From Alphaproteobacteria bacterium (GTDB taxonomy: Bacteria; Pseudomonadota; Alphaproteobacteria; VGEJ01), in NCBI GenBank assembly GCA_965219135.1, contig CBDCMV010000003.1, positions 1,695,980 through 1,759,979 of the forward strand: DNA of 64,000 bases, in the 5' to 3' direction. Shown one piece after another: positions 24,595 to 35,801 of this stretch; position 1 is the first letter of the stretch, and every line of letters begins with the position of its first letter. The translations under genes and the position numbers were made by a program. The notes under the pieces are model-generated. The model ran no database searches, was not told the origin of the DNA, and saw only the letters and a program-made list of their open reading frames with translations.

Positions 24595-25752
24595 ATGCAG
24601 CGCATTCCTGTTGCCGCGCGCCCGGACCTAGATCGGACGGCGGTCGACCACGGGTTTGAACTCGACGAAGCGGGCGGCGTGCGCTATTGGGACGAAAGCG
24701 TGTATTACCGCTTCACCCTGAGCCAGATCGAAGACGACATCGAACGCTGTGCCAACGATGTGGAGGGCATGTGCCACGAGCTGTTGGACCGAGCCGCGGT
24801 CGACGACACGGTCTTTCGCCACCTTCGCATTCCGGACGCCTATTGGGACTATGTCGCCGAAAGCTGGCGAAGCCGGGAGAGGGACCTTTACGGGCGCATG
24901 GACTTTTCTTACGACGGCGCTGGCGACGCCAAGCTGCTCGAATACAATGCGGATACGCCGACTACGCTATACGAATCCTCGGAATTCCAGTGGCTGTGGC
25001 TGGAGCAGGCGGCGGCTTTGGGCCTCATCCCCAAGGAGTCCGATCAGTTCAACGAACTCTACGAAGACCTTCTCGACGAGTTTGCCGATCTCGGCGTCGA
25101 GGGACTTCTTCATTTCGCCTGCATCGAAGAAATCGAGGACGACAAGGGGACCGTCGACTACCTCGAGGAATGCGCCCGGGATGCGGGTCTCGAGACGCGC
25201 TTCATCGCCATGAAGGACATCGGAATCGACTTGCAGGGGCGCTTCACCGACCTTGAAGACGAAGTCATTTCCACAATGTTCAAGCTTTATCCCTGGGAAT
25301 GGATTATGGGCGAGGATTTCGGGCAATACCTGCCGACGAGCGGGGTTCATTTCCTCGAGCCGCCGTGGAAAGCGGTCCTCGCCAACAAGGGCTTGCTCCC
25401 TCTCTTGTGGGAAATGTTCGAGGGCCACCCGAGCCTGCTGCCATCCTATTTCGAGGGCGACCCGCGGGCGGCGGACCTTTCGCCATATTTTGTCCGTAAG
25501 CCGTTGCTTTCGCGCCAGGGTTGGAACGTCGAGATCCATGGCGACGACGTAGCGTTTCGCCGTGGCGGCCCTTATGGTGACGAGGGTTACATCGTCCAGG
25601 CGTTTCACCCGCTGCCGGAATTCGACGGCACTTACCCTTTGGTCGGCTGTTGGATGGTGGCCGGCGGTTCGGCGGGGTTGTGCATTCGCGAGGACCGAAA
25701 CCGGGTGACGGCCCCGGATGCCCGTTTCGTTCCACACCTGATACTAGATTGA
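24595..25752 (+). CDS. Glutathionylspermidine synthase family ATP-grasp protein (YjfC/YgiC-like)
   Basis: YWDE..Y.FT, LYGRMD, KLLEYNADTPT, FKLYPWEW, EPPWK.VLANKG, RKPLLSRQG.NV, IRED..FVPH. Confidence 0.93.
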   Translation: MQRIPVAARPDLDRTAVDHGFELDEAGGVRYWDESVYYRFTLSQIEDDIERCANDVEGMCHELLDRAAVDDTVFRHLRIPDAYWDYVAESWRSRERDLYGRMDFSYDGAGDAKLLEYNADTPTTLYESSEFQWLWLEQAAALGLIPKESDQFNELYEDLLDEFADLGVEGLLHFACIEEIEDDKGTVDYLEECARDAGLETRFIAMKDIGIDLQGRFTDLEDEVISTMFKLYPWEWIMGEDFGQYLPTSGVHFLEPPWKAVLANKGLLPLLWEMFEGHPSLLPSYFEGDPRAADLSPYFVRKPLLSRQGWNVEIHGDDVAFRRGGPYGDEGYIVQAFHPLPEFDGTYPLVGCWMVAGGSAGLCIREDRNRVTAPDARFVPHLILD

Positions 25753-25855
25753 GGGAGCGACTTTGACGACGCCCATCGAAACGCCGGCCTTCGTGATCGA
25801 CCAAAAGACCCTGGAAGCGGGCCTGGCTGCCAATCTCTCTTGGAGACAGTCGGAC

Positions 25856-26275
25856 ATGAAGGATAAGACGGAAACTATCGAGCAGATGATTCAGGCTCCG
25901 GAAAAGGTGGTCTATGGGTGGGAGCTGATTCTAGACCTTCATGGTTGTAATCCGTGTACTTTCACTCGCGGCTGCTTGGACAGATACTTCAGCCGGCTGT
26001 GTGACTTGATCGACATGGAAAAATGTGAGGTTCACTATTGGGACGATCTGGGACTCCCGAAGGAGGAGCGACAGACTTCGCCGCTCACAAAGGGCACCTC
26101 TGCCGTATGCTTTATCCTGACCAGCACAATCGTTGTCCATACGCTGGACGAGCTGAGAGCGGTGTACGTGAACATCTTTTCGTGCCAAGAGTTCGAGCCG
26201 GACTTGCCAGCAGAGGTCACCGCGAAATGGTTTGAGGCAGATTCCTGTGAGCGCACCTTCATCAGGCGCTCGTGA
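25856..26275 (+). CDS. S-adenosylmethionine decarboxylase (pyruvoyl, class I)-like protein
   Basis: G.ELILDLHGC, G.SAV.FILTSTIVVHT, VNIFSC.EF; ATG at 25856 follows GGAGA (ORF track starts at 25763). Confidence 0.78.
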   Translation: MKDKTETIEQMIQAPEKVVYGWELILDLHGCNPCTFTRGCLDRYFSRLCDLIDMEKCEVHYWDDLGLPKEERQTSPLTKGTSAVCFILTSTIVVHTLDELRAVYVNIFSCQEFEPDLPAEVTAKWFEADSCERTFIRRS

Positions 26276-26300
26276 CGACAACGAAGGGTTGGAGACGACA

Positions 26301-27668
26301 ATGCTGATATTCGAAAAAGAGTTAGAAGTCGCCGCGGCACCGGGCCACAGGGACCTTCTCGATCACTTCTCGAGTGCACTGAGGTTTCGATTTACCGACG
26401 CTGCCATTCCCGTGCGGTTCGCGATCACGCGGTCAGGCGCCGAGCGTTACCATTGCGAAAGTGGTATCCTGAAGGGCTTGGATCCGTCGTCATCCGATCG
26501 GCCCGACGCAATCTTCAGGTTTGTGCCTCGAAAGATTGAGAACACCGCCAACTTCAACGCTGTCTTTCTGGTCCCTACGGGGATCGGTGCCCACATCGGC
26601 GGGCACGCAGGTGACGCAGCGCCGGCCGCCAAACTGCTATCTGAGACCTGCGACATTCTCGTAACCCATCCAAACGTGGTGAATGCCTCAGATATCAACG
26701 AAATCCCTGAGAACGCCTTGTACGTTGAGGGCAGTGTCATCTGTCGCCTGCTGATGGGAACCGTGGGACTACGGCCGGTTCGGGCGAATCGGGTTGTTGT
26801 CATCATCGATGCGCACCGGGACGAGCTTTTTGTCAACGCGGCGATCAACGCGGTGAGCGCCGCTCGGGCATCCTATGGCTTGCAATGCCCATCGGTCGTG
26901 CAACTCGATCCGCCGCTTCAGATGAAGTCGAGTTACACATCGTCCGGAAGGGCAGCAGGCGAGATTGAGGGATTGGACAGGCTTTGCGCGGTCCTCGATG
27001 AGCATGAGGGAAATTTCGATGCCGTGGCGATCTCATCCGTGATTGACGTGCCGCCAGAGTTTCACGCGGACTACTTCGAAAGCCACGGCGACATGATCAA
27101 CCCTTGGGGAGGCGTGGAGGCCATGCTCACCCACGCGGTTTCAAGCTTGTACAACGTCCCGTCCGCCCACTCTCCTATGTTCGAGTCTCGCGATATTGCG
27201 AACATGGACCCAGGCATCGTGGAACCTCGGATGGCCGCGGAAGCCGTTTCGCTGACTTTCTTTCAATGCATCCTGAAGGGACTACGGCGCAGCCCAAGGA
27301 TCATTGCAGATCAGGACACCATGAATCACCACGGTGTGCTGACGGCAGCTGATATCTCGTGTCTGGTGATCCCAGATGGATGCGTCGGCTTGCCCACCCT
27401 GGCGGCACTTGAACAAGGAATACCGGTGATTGCCGTCCGCGAGAACAAAAACGTTATGCGGAATGATTTGACTGTGCTCCCCTGGGCGCCTGAGAAGCTG
27501 CACATCGTAGATAACTACTTGGAAGCGGTTGGAGTCATGACCGCATTAAGGGCTGGGATTCCGCCGGCGTCAGTGCGCCGCCCTCTCGCCGCGACGGAAG
27601 TGAAGAAAACCACGCAAACCGAGAAAAGGCTGACTCCCGGAAAGGGCCGATCCGCTACTACCGGCTGA
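26301..27668 (+). CDS. DUF3326 family protein with about 85-aa N-terminal extension
   Basis: VPTGIGA.IGGHAGDA, THPNVVNA, YVEGS, NPWGGVEA..TH, PSAHSP, PRMAAE, GLRRSP, NYLEAVG. Confidence 0.85.
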   Translation: MLIFEKELEVAAAPGHRDLLDHFSSALRFRFTDAAIPVRFAITRSGAERYHCESGILKGLDPSSSDRPDAIFRFVPRKIENTANFNAVFLVPTGIGAHIGGHAGDAAPAAKLLSETCDILVTHPNVVNASDINEIPENALYVEGSVICRLLMGTVGLRPVRANRVVVIIDAHRDELFVNAAINAVSAARASYGLQCPSVVQLDPPLQMKSSYTSSGRAAGEIEGLDRLCAVLDEHEGNFDAVAISSVIDVPPEFHADYFESHGDMINPWGGVEAMLTHAVSSLYNVPSAHSPMFESRDIANMDPGIVEPRMAAEAVSLTFFQCILKGLRRSPRIIADQDTMNHHGVLTAADISCLVIPDGCVGLPTLAALEQGIPVIAVRENKNVMRNDLTVLPWAPEKLHIVDNYLEAVGVMTALRAGIPPASVRRPLAATEVKKTTQTEKRLTPGKGRSATTG

Positions 27669-27744
27669 GTTAGCTTAGCCAAGCAGCATTCGCCGGGATG
27701 TTACCGCCGGCAGCCTCATCGGGGCTCGCGCAGATTCGCACGTT

Positions 27745-27945
27745 CGTGTGGCGGCGGCAGTAGGATTGTCGCCCAGTGGAAGTCGAGCGTGCGGAACATT
27801 CCATAGGACCCCAACGGAGGCCGAGATCCTCGAATCTTTAGGCCGCGAGGTTCGACGCCAGTGCGGGAGGAGGCCCACTGTGCAAGACGTTCACTCAGCC
27901 ACTCGTCGGCGTGCGAGGTATACCATTTGACGAAGTGGCTCGGGC
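27745..27945 (-). pseudogene. YgjP/DUF45-like M48 metalloprotease remnant
   Basis: FVKWY..A.EWL.ERL..W....GV.P....IR...WGS....L.FHW..LLP, frameshifted. Confidence 0.5.
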
Positions 27946-28107
27946 CGGATGCGGTCTCACTGCGAAGCGACCTGAATCTCCCGTTCTCAAAATTCAGGGG
28001 CACGATGTGGCCTATTGCCGAGTTGGCTCCTCTGCCTTGTCAATTTTAAACGCTCCAAATTTCGTATGCCTCTCCAAGCTGCGCTTGAACCGTGCCCGCG
28101 ATCCGGC

Positions 28108-28278
28108 TCACCGTTCCGGTGTTTTTCGCATCGCCTTTCTGAGCTTACGGAACTCCCACCACGCCCAGATGGCACCGCCAATTACAAGGACGAGTACAAG
28201 CACAATGATCCCCTTAATGAAGAAGTTCCAGATCAAGGCGAACAAGACCACGCCTGCGACGATCCACAAACGATACAT
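28108..28278 (-). CDS. Small membrane protein (56 aa, below the ORF-track cutoff)
   Basis: AAGGGA RBS; MYRLWIVAGVVLFALIWNFFIKGIIVLVLVLVIGGAIWAWWEFRKLRKAMRKTPER*; two TMs and a basic tail. Confidence 0.55.
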   Translation of the reverse strand: MYRLWIVAGVVLFALIWNFFIKGIIVLVLVLVIGGAIWAWWEFRKLRKAMRKTPER

Positions 28279-28724
28279 TTTTGGTCCCTTCTCTGCCGTT
28301 CCTGCGTTGGCCCTTCCTCAATCGGCAGACCGCTTCGCGTGGACCGGATGGTTCTCGTAGCCTGCGACGCCCGCACGCCCATGCGGCACCGTCAATGTGG
28401 CAGGCCAACGGCGGATTGCGTCCCCGGATGCGGGTCCTTCCTGCAAGCAAGTTCGTGCACTCGTTGAAGCTTATACACTTACGAGGAGGGATCAATGGCG
28501 ATAGGGACTCAACGCAGCGAAGCCGCGCAGAATGGCAGTTTTCTGCGGCAACTGCTTCAGAACCGCCGCACTTTGGGTGGAGACTTTGGCCGGCATAATG
28601 AGGTCGGCGACCTGAGGATCAAGCGGCATTGTTACGCGGCCTTTGCTGGTGGCGACTCGGCGTCGCGCCTTGGCGGGCAGAGTCTATACGGCGGACGGGC
28701 TACGGTACGACGGGACGATGGAGG

Positions 28725-28988
28725 GGTCATCGGGTGGGCCCGCAACGCATCGCCATTCGCCGCGACCGCGTCCCGGTCGCTCTGCCGCTGCTCGATCTCC
28801 CGTTTGGCACGGAGTGCCTTCAAAGCCTCTTCGATGATTTCGGGATGCTCGACCAGATAGTCTCTGACGATTTTCTCGATCGCGCCTCTGTCCGGTTTCG
28901 GGGTCGATGGTGTCTCCGCGCGGCCTTCGGCAATAAACGCCATGGCGGCAACGGCGGCTATCAGCCCCGGCACCATCCTGCTTTTCAT
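28725..28988 (-). pseudogene. DsbA (ScsC/Com1-like) N-terminal fragment
   Basis: Signal peptide then IEKIVRDYLVEHPEIIEEAL; similarity ends before the CxxC thioredoxin domain. Confidence 0.75.
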
Positions 28989-29060
28989 GACCTTTAATCC
29001 TTCTCGACTTGCGGCCCTGGAAGCTTCATACAGTCTTATCGGGATCCACAAATGAATCCA

Positions 29061-30346
29061 GGGCACCTCTAAGAATTCTCCTTTTTCGGGCGTCGTCGAT
29101 TTAGAATCGGGTTGCCGATTTGTTGATAGCGGGAGGCGTGGTTGATGGGTCAGATGGGGTTTTTCGATCTTGGGAACCGGTATTCCGGTCTTGACGCCAA
29201 GAACGAGCCGCTTTTGAAGATCGACGGGGTGGTTCCGTGGGAAGACTTGCGCGCGCGTCTTGAGGCGGTGTGGCGGCGTGCGGACAAGGCGCGTAAATCG
29301 CGGGCGGGACGCAAGCCGTGGGATGCGATTGTGATGTTCAAGACGATCATTCTGTGCGCGCTCTACAATCTCTCGGATGACCAAGTTGAGCATCAGATCC
29401 GTGACCGCCTGTCGTTCATGCGATTTCTGGGGTTGGGTCTGGAGGGCCGGGTTCCCGACGCCAAGACGGTGTGGCTGTACCGCGAACAGTTAACGCAAGC
29501 TGGCGTGATCGAGGCCTTATTCGAGACGTTCGATGGCTACCTGAAGGATCAGGGCTATCTGGCGATGGGCGGCCAGATCATCGACGCCTCGATTGTGGCG
29601 GTACCCAAACAGCGCAACAGCCGCGAGGAGAACGCGCGGATAAAGGCGGGCGAGACGCCGGCAGGCTGGGAGGACAAGCCGGCAAAGCGGCGCCAAAAGG
29701 ATGTCGAGGCGCGGTGGACTAAGAAGCACGGCAAGAGCCATTACGGTTACAAGAACCATGTCAACGTGGACCGTCGGCACAAGCTGGTGCGGCGCTATCA
29801 TGTGAGCGACGCGGCGGAGCACGACAGCCAAGTCCTCGACGATATCCTGGATGGGGACAACACGGCTTTGGGTGTGTGGGCGGACAGCGCTTACCGCTCG
29901 GCGGAGATCGAGGCGGTGCTGAAGGAGAAGGGGTTGCGGAGCCGGATCCATCGCAAGGGCCGCCGCAACAAGCCGCTGAGCGAGCGCGAGAAGCAGGGCA
30001 ACAAGACCCGTTCGTCGGTTCGGGTCCGCGTCGAGCATGTCTTCGGGGCCCAGAGCAACGACATGGGCGGGACGCTGGTGCGTAGTGTCGGGCTGGTGCG
30101 GGCGAAGGCGCGGATCGGGTTGAAGAACCTCGCCTACAACATGCGCCGCCTGGTCCAACTGGAGCGTCTCGCGGCGGCCGTGTGACGATACTCGGAGAAG
30201 GAGACCGCCTGGGGACGGTCTTGTGGCGGAAATAACTCAATTGGAGCGTGGAAGACCCCGAAAATCTCGGCTCCGGCATGGCTGGAGCTGGTGACAGCCT
30301 GGTTAAACAATATCCTCCGACAACTCACCAATTCTTAGAGGTGCCC
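29061..30346 (+). mobile_element. IS5-family element, full length (transposase about 29145..30185)
   Basis: Perfect IR GGGCACCTCTAAGAATT / AATTCTTAGAGGTGCCC; YNLSD, IIDASI, GYKNH, WADSAY, RVRVEHVFG. Confidence 0.93.
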
Positions 30347-30347
30347 T

Positions 30348-31530
30348 CAATGGAGACCCGCTCCCGATCGCCGAGGATATTTTTCATAGATTGTCTGATG
30401 ACGCTTATACCGCGTTAGGGGATATATTGCGGCGGGCGCCTGACAGCCAGCTGTTTCTAGGCTGGGAGCAGAAGTGGGACCATCTTGACTTCGCACATAT
30501 TCCAGTAGGAGTGTTAAGTCAGGCGTATGAGCTCTACTTGAGGAAGCACGCTCCTCAAAAGCAAAAGCGCGAAGGCGGATACTTTACTCCTCGACCAATC
30601 GCGGATCTCATGGTTCGAGCGTCATTTCGCGCTCTACATCGGCAGAGAGTGGGCAAGAATGCAAAGATCTTAGATCCAGCGGCGGGTGGAGGGATTTTCT
30701 TGCTGACGGTATTTCGCGAACTGATCGCGGAGCGTTGGCGTGCGGAGGGAAAACGGCCCGACACATCCGTCCTTAGATCGATCCTCTATAAGCAAATCGT
30801 TGGATTTGACACGAACGAATCAGCGCTTCGATTTGCGGCGCTTGGTCTGTATTTGGTATCGATTGAGTTGGACCCAAATCCTAGACCTGTGGACAAGTTA
30901 AGGTTCAAGGAGTTGCGCGGGAAGGTGCTTCACAGAGTCAATACAGACAACGAAGTAGAAGGTTCTGCGCTTGGTAGCTTGGGGCCCCTCGTCGGAGGCG
31001 AACACGAGGGTCAGTACGATCTTGTTATAGGAAACCCGCCTTGGTCAAGTGGGACTCAGCTGCCAGATTGGAATCTTGTTCGCAAACGGGTGGCTCGCAT
31101 CGCATCTGTTCGGAAGATCTCGATCGCGTTGCCGCCCTTACCGAATGAAGGACTAGACTTGCCATTTGTATGGCGCGCAATGGAGTGGGCTAAGCCGAAC
31201 GGGCAGATAGCGTTCGCACTGCACGGCCGCCTACTGTTTCAGCAAGGCGACGGAATGCCCACGGCTCGTCAGGCACTTTTTGAGGCGCTCGACGTCACAT
31301 CAATTATCAATGGAGCAGACTTGAGTGAAACCAAGGTGTGGCCGCAAATTTCCGCGCCGTTTTGTATTTTGTTTGCCGCCAATAAGACGCCGAGGAGCAC
31401 GGCGAGCTTTCGTTTCATTAGTCCACGTTTCGAGAACTCTCTAAACGACGCGGGCGGTATGAGGATAGACGCGCTGAACGCTGCGGTGGTGCCGTCTCGT
31501 CAGCTTTTTGAGACACCAGATATTCTAAAG
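30348..31530 (+). pseudogene. N-6 adenine DNA methylase (type I M / type IIG-like), truncated at both ends
   Basis: GYFTP, ILDPAAGGGIFL (motif I), VIGNPPW (motif IV); the 5' end is cut by IS5 and the text after about 31530 no longer looks methylase-like. Confidence 0.82.
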
Positions 31531-31979
31531 TTTCACGCCAACGAGGCGTTCAGTTTGCACCCAAAACCTGTCAATAGCGATGGAGACGATTGCGCCCTGT
31601 CGGTACGACTCGTTCATGAGATGGTTTGTAGAACGGATCATCAAGAGAGCGGAGATGGTCCGCGATTTTTTGTTTCCAACAGCCTCACCATCGGTCAGCA
31701 TCTCGTTTATCCGGATTTCGACGTCACCTTGAAACCTGTACGCGGCGACGCAAACTTCCTCCAGAGCTGTTTTCTCTTTGCGCGCTGGAGCGCTTTATCT
31801 CCGTCTGTATGTAGATCGGAAAAGTTGTTGAATGCGTTGAGGATCTGCTTTACCTCACCAAGCAAGTAAAGGTCCCCAAACCAATAGGTAAGGGTTCTCT
31901 CAAACATTAGCCCGCGTTTGACCTCTGCGCTGTCTGACGAATTCACGGCGTCGCCATCCAACGTATTGCGATCTTGGCC

Positions 31980-32576
31980 GCGTACGTCGATCCGCCCGCC
32001 CATGCCGTCGTGCTGTCGGTGGACGAAAAGAGCCAGATCCAGGCCCTCGACCGCACCCAGCCGGGGCTGCCGCTGAAGAAGGGACGCTGCGGGACGATCA
32101 CCCATGACTACAAACGGAACGGCACGACGACGCTGTTTGCCGCCCTCGACGTCCTGGAAGGCAAGGTGATCGGGCGCTGCATGCAGCGCCATCGGCACCA
32201 GGAGTTCATCCGCTTCCTCAACGCCATCGAGGCCGAAGTGCCGGCGGGCAAGATCGTCCACGTGATCCTCGATAACTACGGCACTCACAAGCATCCCAAG
32301 GTCGTGGCCTGGCTCGAGCGCCACCCTCGGTTCGTCTTTCACTTCACGCCGACCTCTTGCTCCTGGCTCAATGCCGTCAAAACCTTCTTCGCCAAGCTCA
32401 GCAAACGCCGACTCAAAAGAGGAGTGTTCCACTCGATCGTCAATCTCCAGACCGCCATCAACCGCTTCATCGCCGAAACCAACGACGACCCCACACCGTT
32501 CGTTTGGACCGCCAATCCCAACAAGATCGTCGCCGCCGTCAAACGTGGGCACCAAGCGTTAGATTCGATCCACTAG
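31980..32576 (+). mobile_element. IS630-family element, 3' fragment
   Basis: [47 protein letters not shown]; ends in the characteristic CACTAG. Confidence 0.88.
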
Positions 32577-33712
<1,136 letters not shown>

Positions 33713-33759
33713 CGCCAATCATATCGGCCGCCGCGAACCGCGACAAACGGCGGGCGGGT

Positions 33760-34719
33760 CTAGCGACGTTCGGTGATCCGCGTGTTCAGCGCTACCGCGA
33801 TGATCGCGATCGCCCCGATGAAGACCTCGAAATAGTTGCCCGGAGCGCGTAAAAGCAACAACACGTCCAAGACCGTGTAGACAAAGGCCGCGCCAACGAC
33901 GATGCCGAGAATCGAGCCGCGGCCGCCAAACAGGAATATCCCGCCCACAACGCAGACCGTAATCGCCTGCAATTCGAGGCTGAAACCGCGCAACGGCGTC
34001 ACCGAGTTTAAGCGCACCGTTGAGAATATCCCCGAAACCGTCGCCATCACGGCGCAAAGGACGAAGGCATGGAGCTTGACCCGATTGACGTTGATGCCCA
34101 CCTCGATCGCGGCTTGGCGATTTCCCCCCGTCGCGAATATCTGATTGCCGAACCGGTGCCGGTTCAACAGAAGTGCCGCGGCCACGGCGAAGCCGATGAG
34201 CCAGAGGAACTGGGCCTCGAGGCCGCCGACGGAGCCGGTCATAAGGGCCTCGACTGTCTCCCCGGCGTAGAACGAATGAGGCTGGCCGGCCGACAGGAGG
34301 CGGATGACGCCACGCAGAATGAACATCGTTCCGAGCGTCGTAATGAACGAGGGAATCCCGAACCTGATGGTTACGAAGCCGTTGAGGAGGCCCACGACGA
34401 CGGCGCTTAGCAGCGCCACGATCACGGCCAGCCAAAACGGCCACCCCGCGCCATCTGAATAGGCCATCGCCATCAGCAGCGGCCCGAAGATGTAGGTCGC
34501 TCCGACCGAAAGGTCGAACTCGCCCGAAATCATCAACAGTCCGACGCCGAGAGCGATGATCCCGAGGAGCGGAATCGCCCGCAGCACGACCGTTAGGTTC
34601 TCCTCGCTCAAGAATCGAAAGTCGTCGGGAAACAGCAGCGCGGCAACGACGCAGCCGACCGTCGTGACGAGATGAATCAGAAGGATCGGACCGCCCGAGT
34701 GCCGCCCGAGCTTGTTCAT
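33760..34719 (-). CDS. Sugar ABC transporter permease 3 (RbsC-like)
   Basis: ISGEFDLSVG, IPSFITTLG, GGN..AA..GINV, ELQAI.VCVVGG; start uncertain. Confidence 0.9.
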   Translation of the reverse strand: MNKLGRHSGGPILLIHLVTTVGCVVAALLFPDDFRFLSEENLTVVLRAIPLLGIIALGVGLLMISGEFDLSVGATYIFGPLLMAMAYSDGAGWPFWLAVIVALLSAVVVGLLNGFVTIRFGIPSFITTLGTMFILRGVIRLLSAGQPHSFYAGETVEALMTGSVGGLEAQFLWLIGFAVAAALLLNRHRFGNQIFATGGNRQAAIEVGINVNRVKLHAFVLCAVMATVSGIFSTVRLNSVTPLRGFSLELQAITVCVVGGIFLFGGRGSILGIVVGAAFVYTVLDVLLLLRAPGNYFEVFIGAIAIIAVALNTRITERR

Positions 34720-34787
34720 AGCGGTCAATGCGTTGACCCGCAATGCTTGTCTCCGCAGCTGAGGCCAAGTCGCGTCGCGTGCTCGCG

Positions 34788-35801
34788 CTACCGCTTTGCG
34801 ACCAGGGAATTGAGGATGACGGCGACCATGATCACCGCGCCGAAAAACATGTCCAGATAGAGCCCTGGCGCACGCACCAAGAACAGCACGTCTTTTACGA
34901 TGTTGACCAGGAATGCGCCCATGATGATGCCGAGCACCGCCCCGCGCCCGCCGGTAAGGAACAGGCCGCCGACGACGCACACGGCAATGGCCTGAAGTTC
35001 GATGTTGGTCGAGGCCTCGGGCGTTACCCCGTTTACGCGGGTGGCACTAATGATGCCTGCCACCGTCGCGCCGAGCGAGCACAGGATGAACGCAATAATC
35101 TTGACGCGGTCAACGTTGATACCGACCGCGATCGCGGCGTCCCGGTTGCCCCCAACGGCGAAGAAATGATTGCCGAGCCGGTGGGTATGGACGAGCAGGT
35201 AGACGAGCACCGCGAAGACGAGGAACCACACGAATTGTGCCTGCATGATCCCGATACTTCCGGTCAGGAAATCTTGAACGAAATCGCTGGGAAAGAAATT
35301 GATGGGGCGGGCCTGCGAAGCGAAGAGAAGCACCCCGCGCACGATGAAAAACGTCCCGAGGGTGGTGATAAAGGACGGTATTCGGAGCCGCGTGGTGACG
35401 GCCCCGTTCACGAGGCCGACGGCGAGCCCTGTCACGAGCGCCAGCAGGACGGCCAGGCCGAGCGGCCATCCGTCCTTGAAAGCTTGGACCATCATGAACG
35501 ACGTGAGCTGAAACGTGGCCCCGACCGAAAGGTCGAACTCGCCCGAGATCATAAGGATGCCGACGCCCAGCGAAATGAAACCCAAAAGCGGGATCCCCTT
35601 CAGCAGAATCACGATGTTGGGGCGGCTGACGAAGCGGAATTCCTCGGGGATGATAAGCCCGACGACGACACACGCGATGAGCCCGATGCCGAAAACGATG
35701 GTGATGTTGCCCGCCGGGTGGCGCCGCAGCTGCTCCCAAGCGGTCAGCTCACGCGCCCTTGTGGCTGCTGCGGCCTGAATGTCGGGTCCGAGCGCCGTCA
35801 T
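34788..35801 (-). CDS. Sugar ABC transporter permease 2 (RbsC-like)
   Basis: Same motifs; ATGA overlap with the upstream permease stop. Confidence 0.9.
   Translation of the reverse strand: MTALGPDIQAAAATRARELTAWEQLRRHPAGNITIVFGIGLIACVVVGLIIPEEFRFVSRPNIVILLKGIPLLGFISLGVGILMISGEFDLSVGATFQLTSFMMVQAFKDGWPLGLAVLLALVTGLAVGLVNGAVTTRLRIPSFITTLGTFFIVRGVLLFASQARPINFFPSDFVQDFLTGSIGIMQAQFVWFLVFAVLVYLLVHTHRLGNHFFAVGGNRDAAIAVGINVDRVKIIAFILCSLGATVAGIISATRVNGVTPEASTNIELQAIAVCVVGGLFLTGGRGAVLGIIMGAFLVNIVKDVLFLVRAPGLYLDMFFGAVIMVAVILNSLVAKR

Noticed and set aside
29057-30350. Target duplication for the full IS5 copy
   Set aside because: Flanks TCCA and TCAA do not match exactly
32545-32554. GTGGGCACCA matching the tRNA-Thr 3' end as a possible attR
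   Set aside because: Only 10 bp and inside the IS630 coding tail (KRGHQ); likely coincidence
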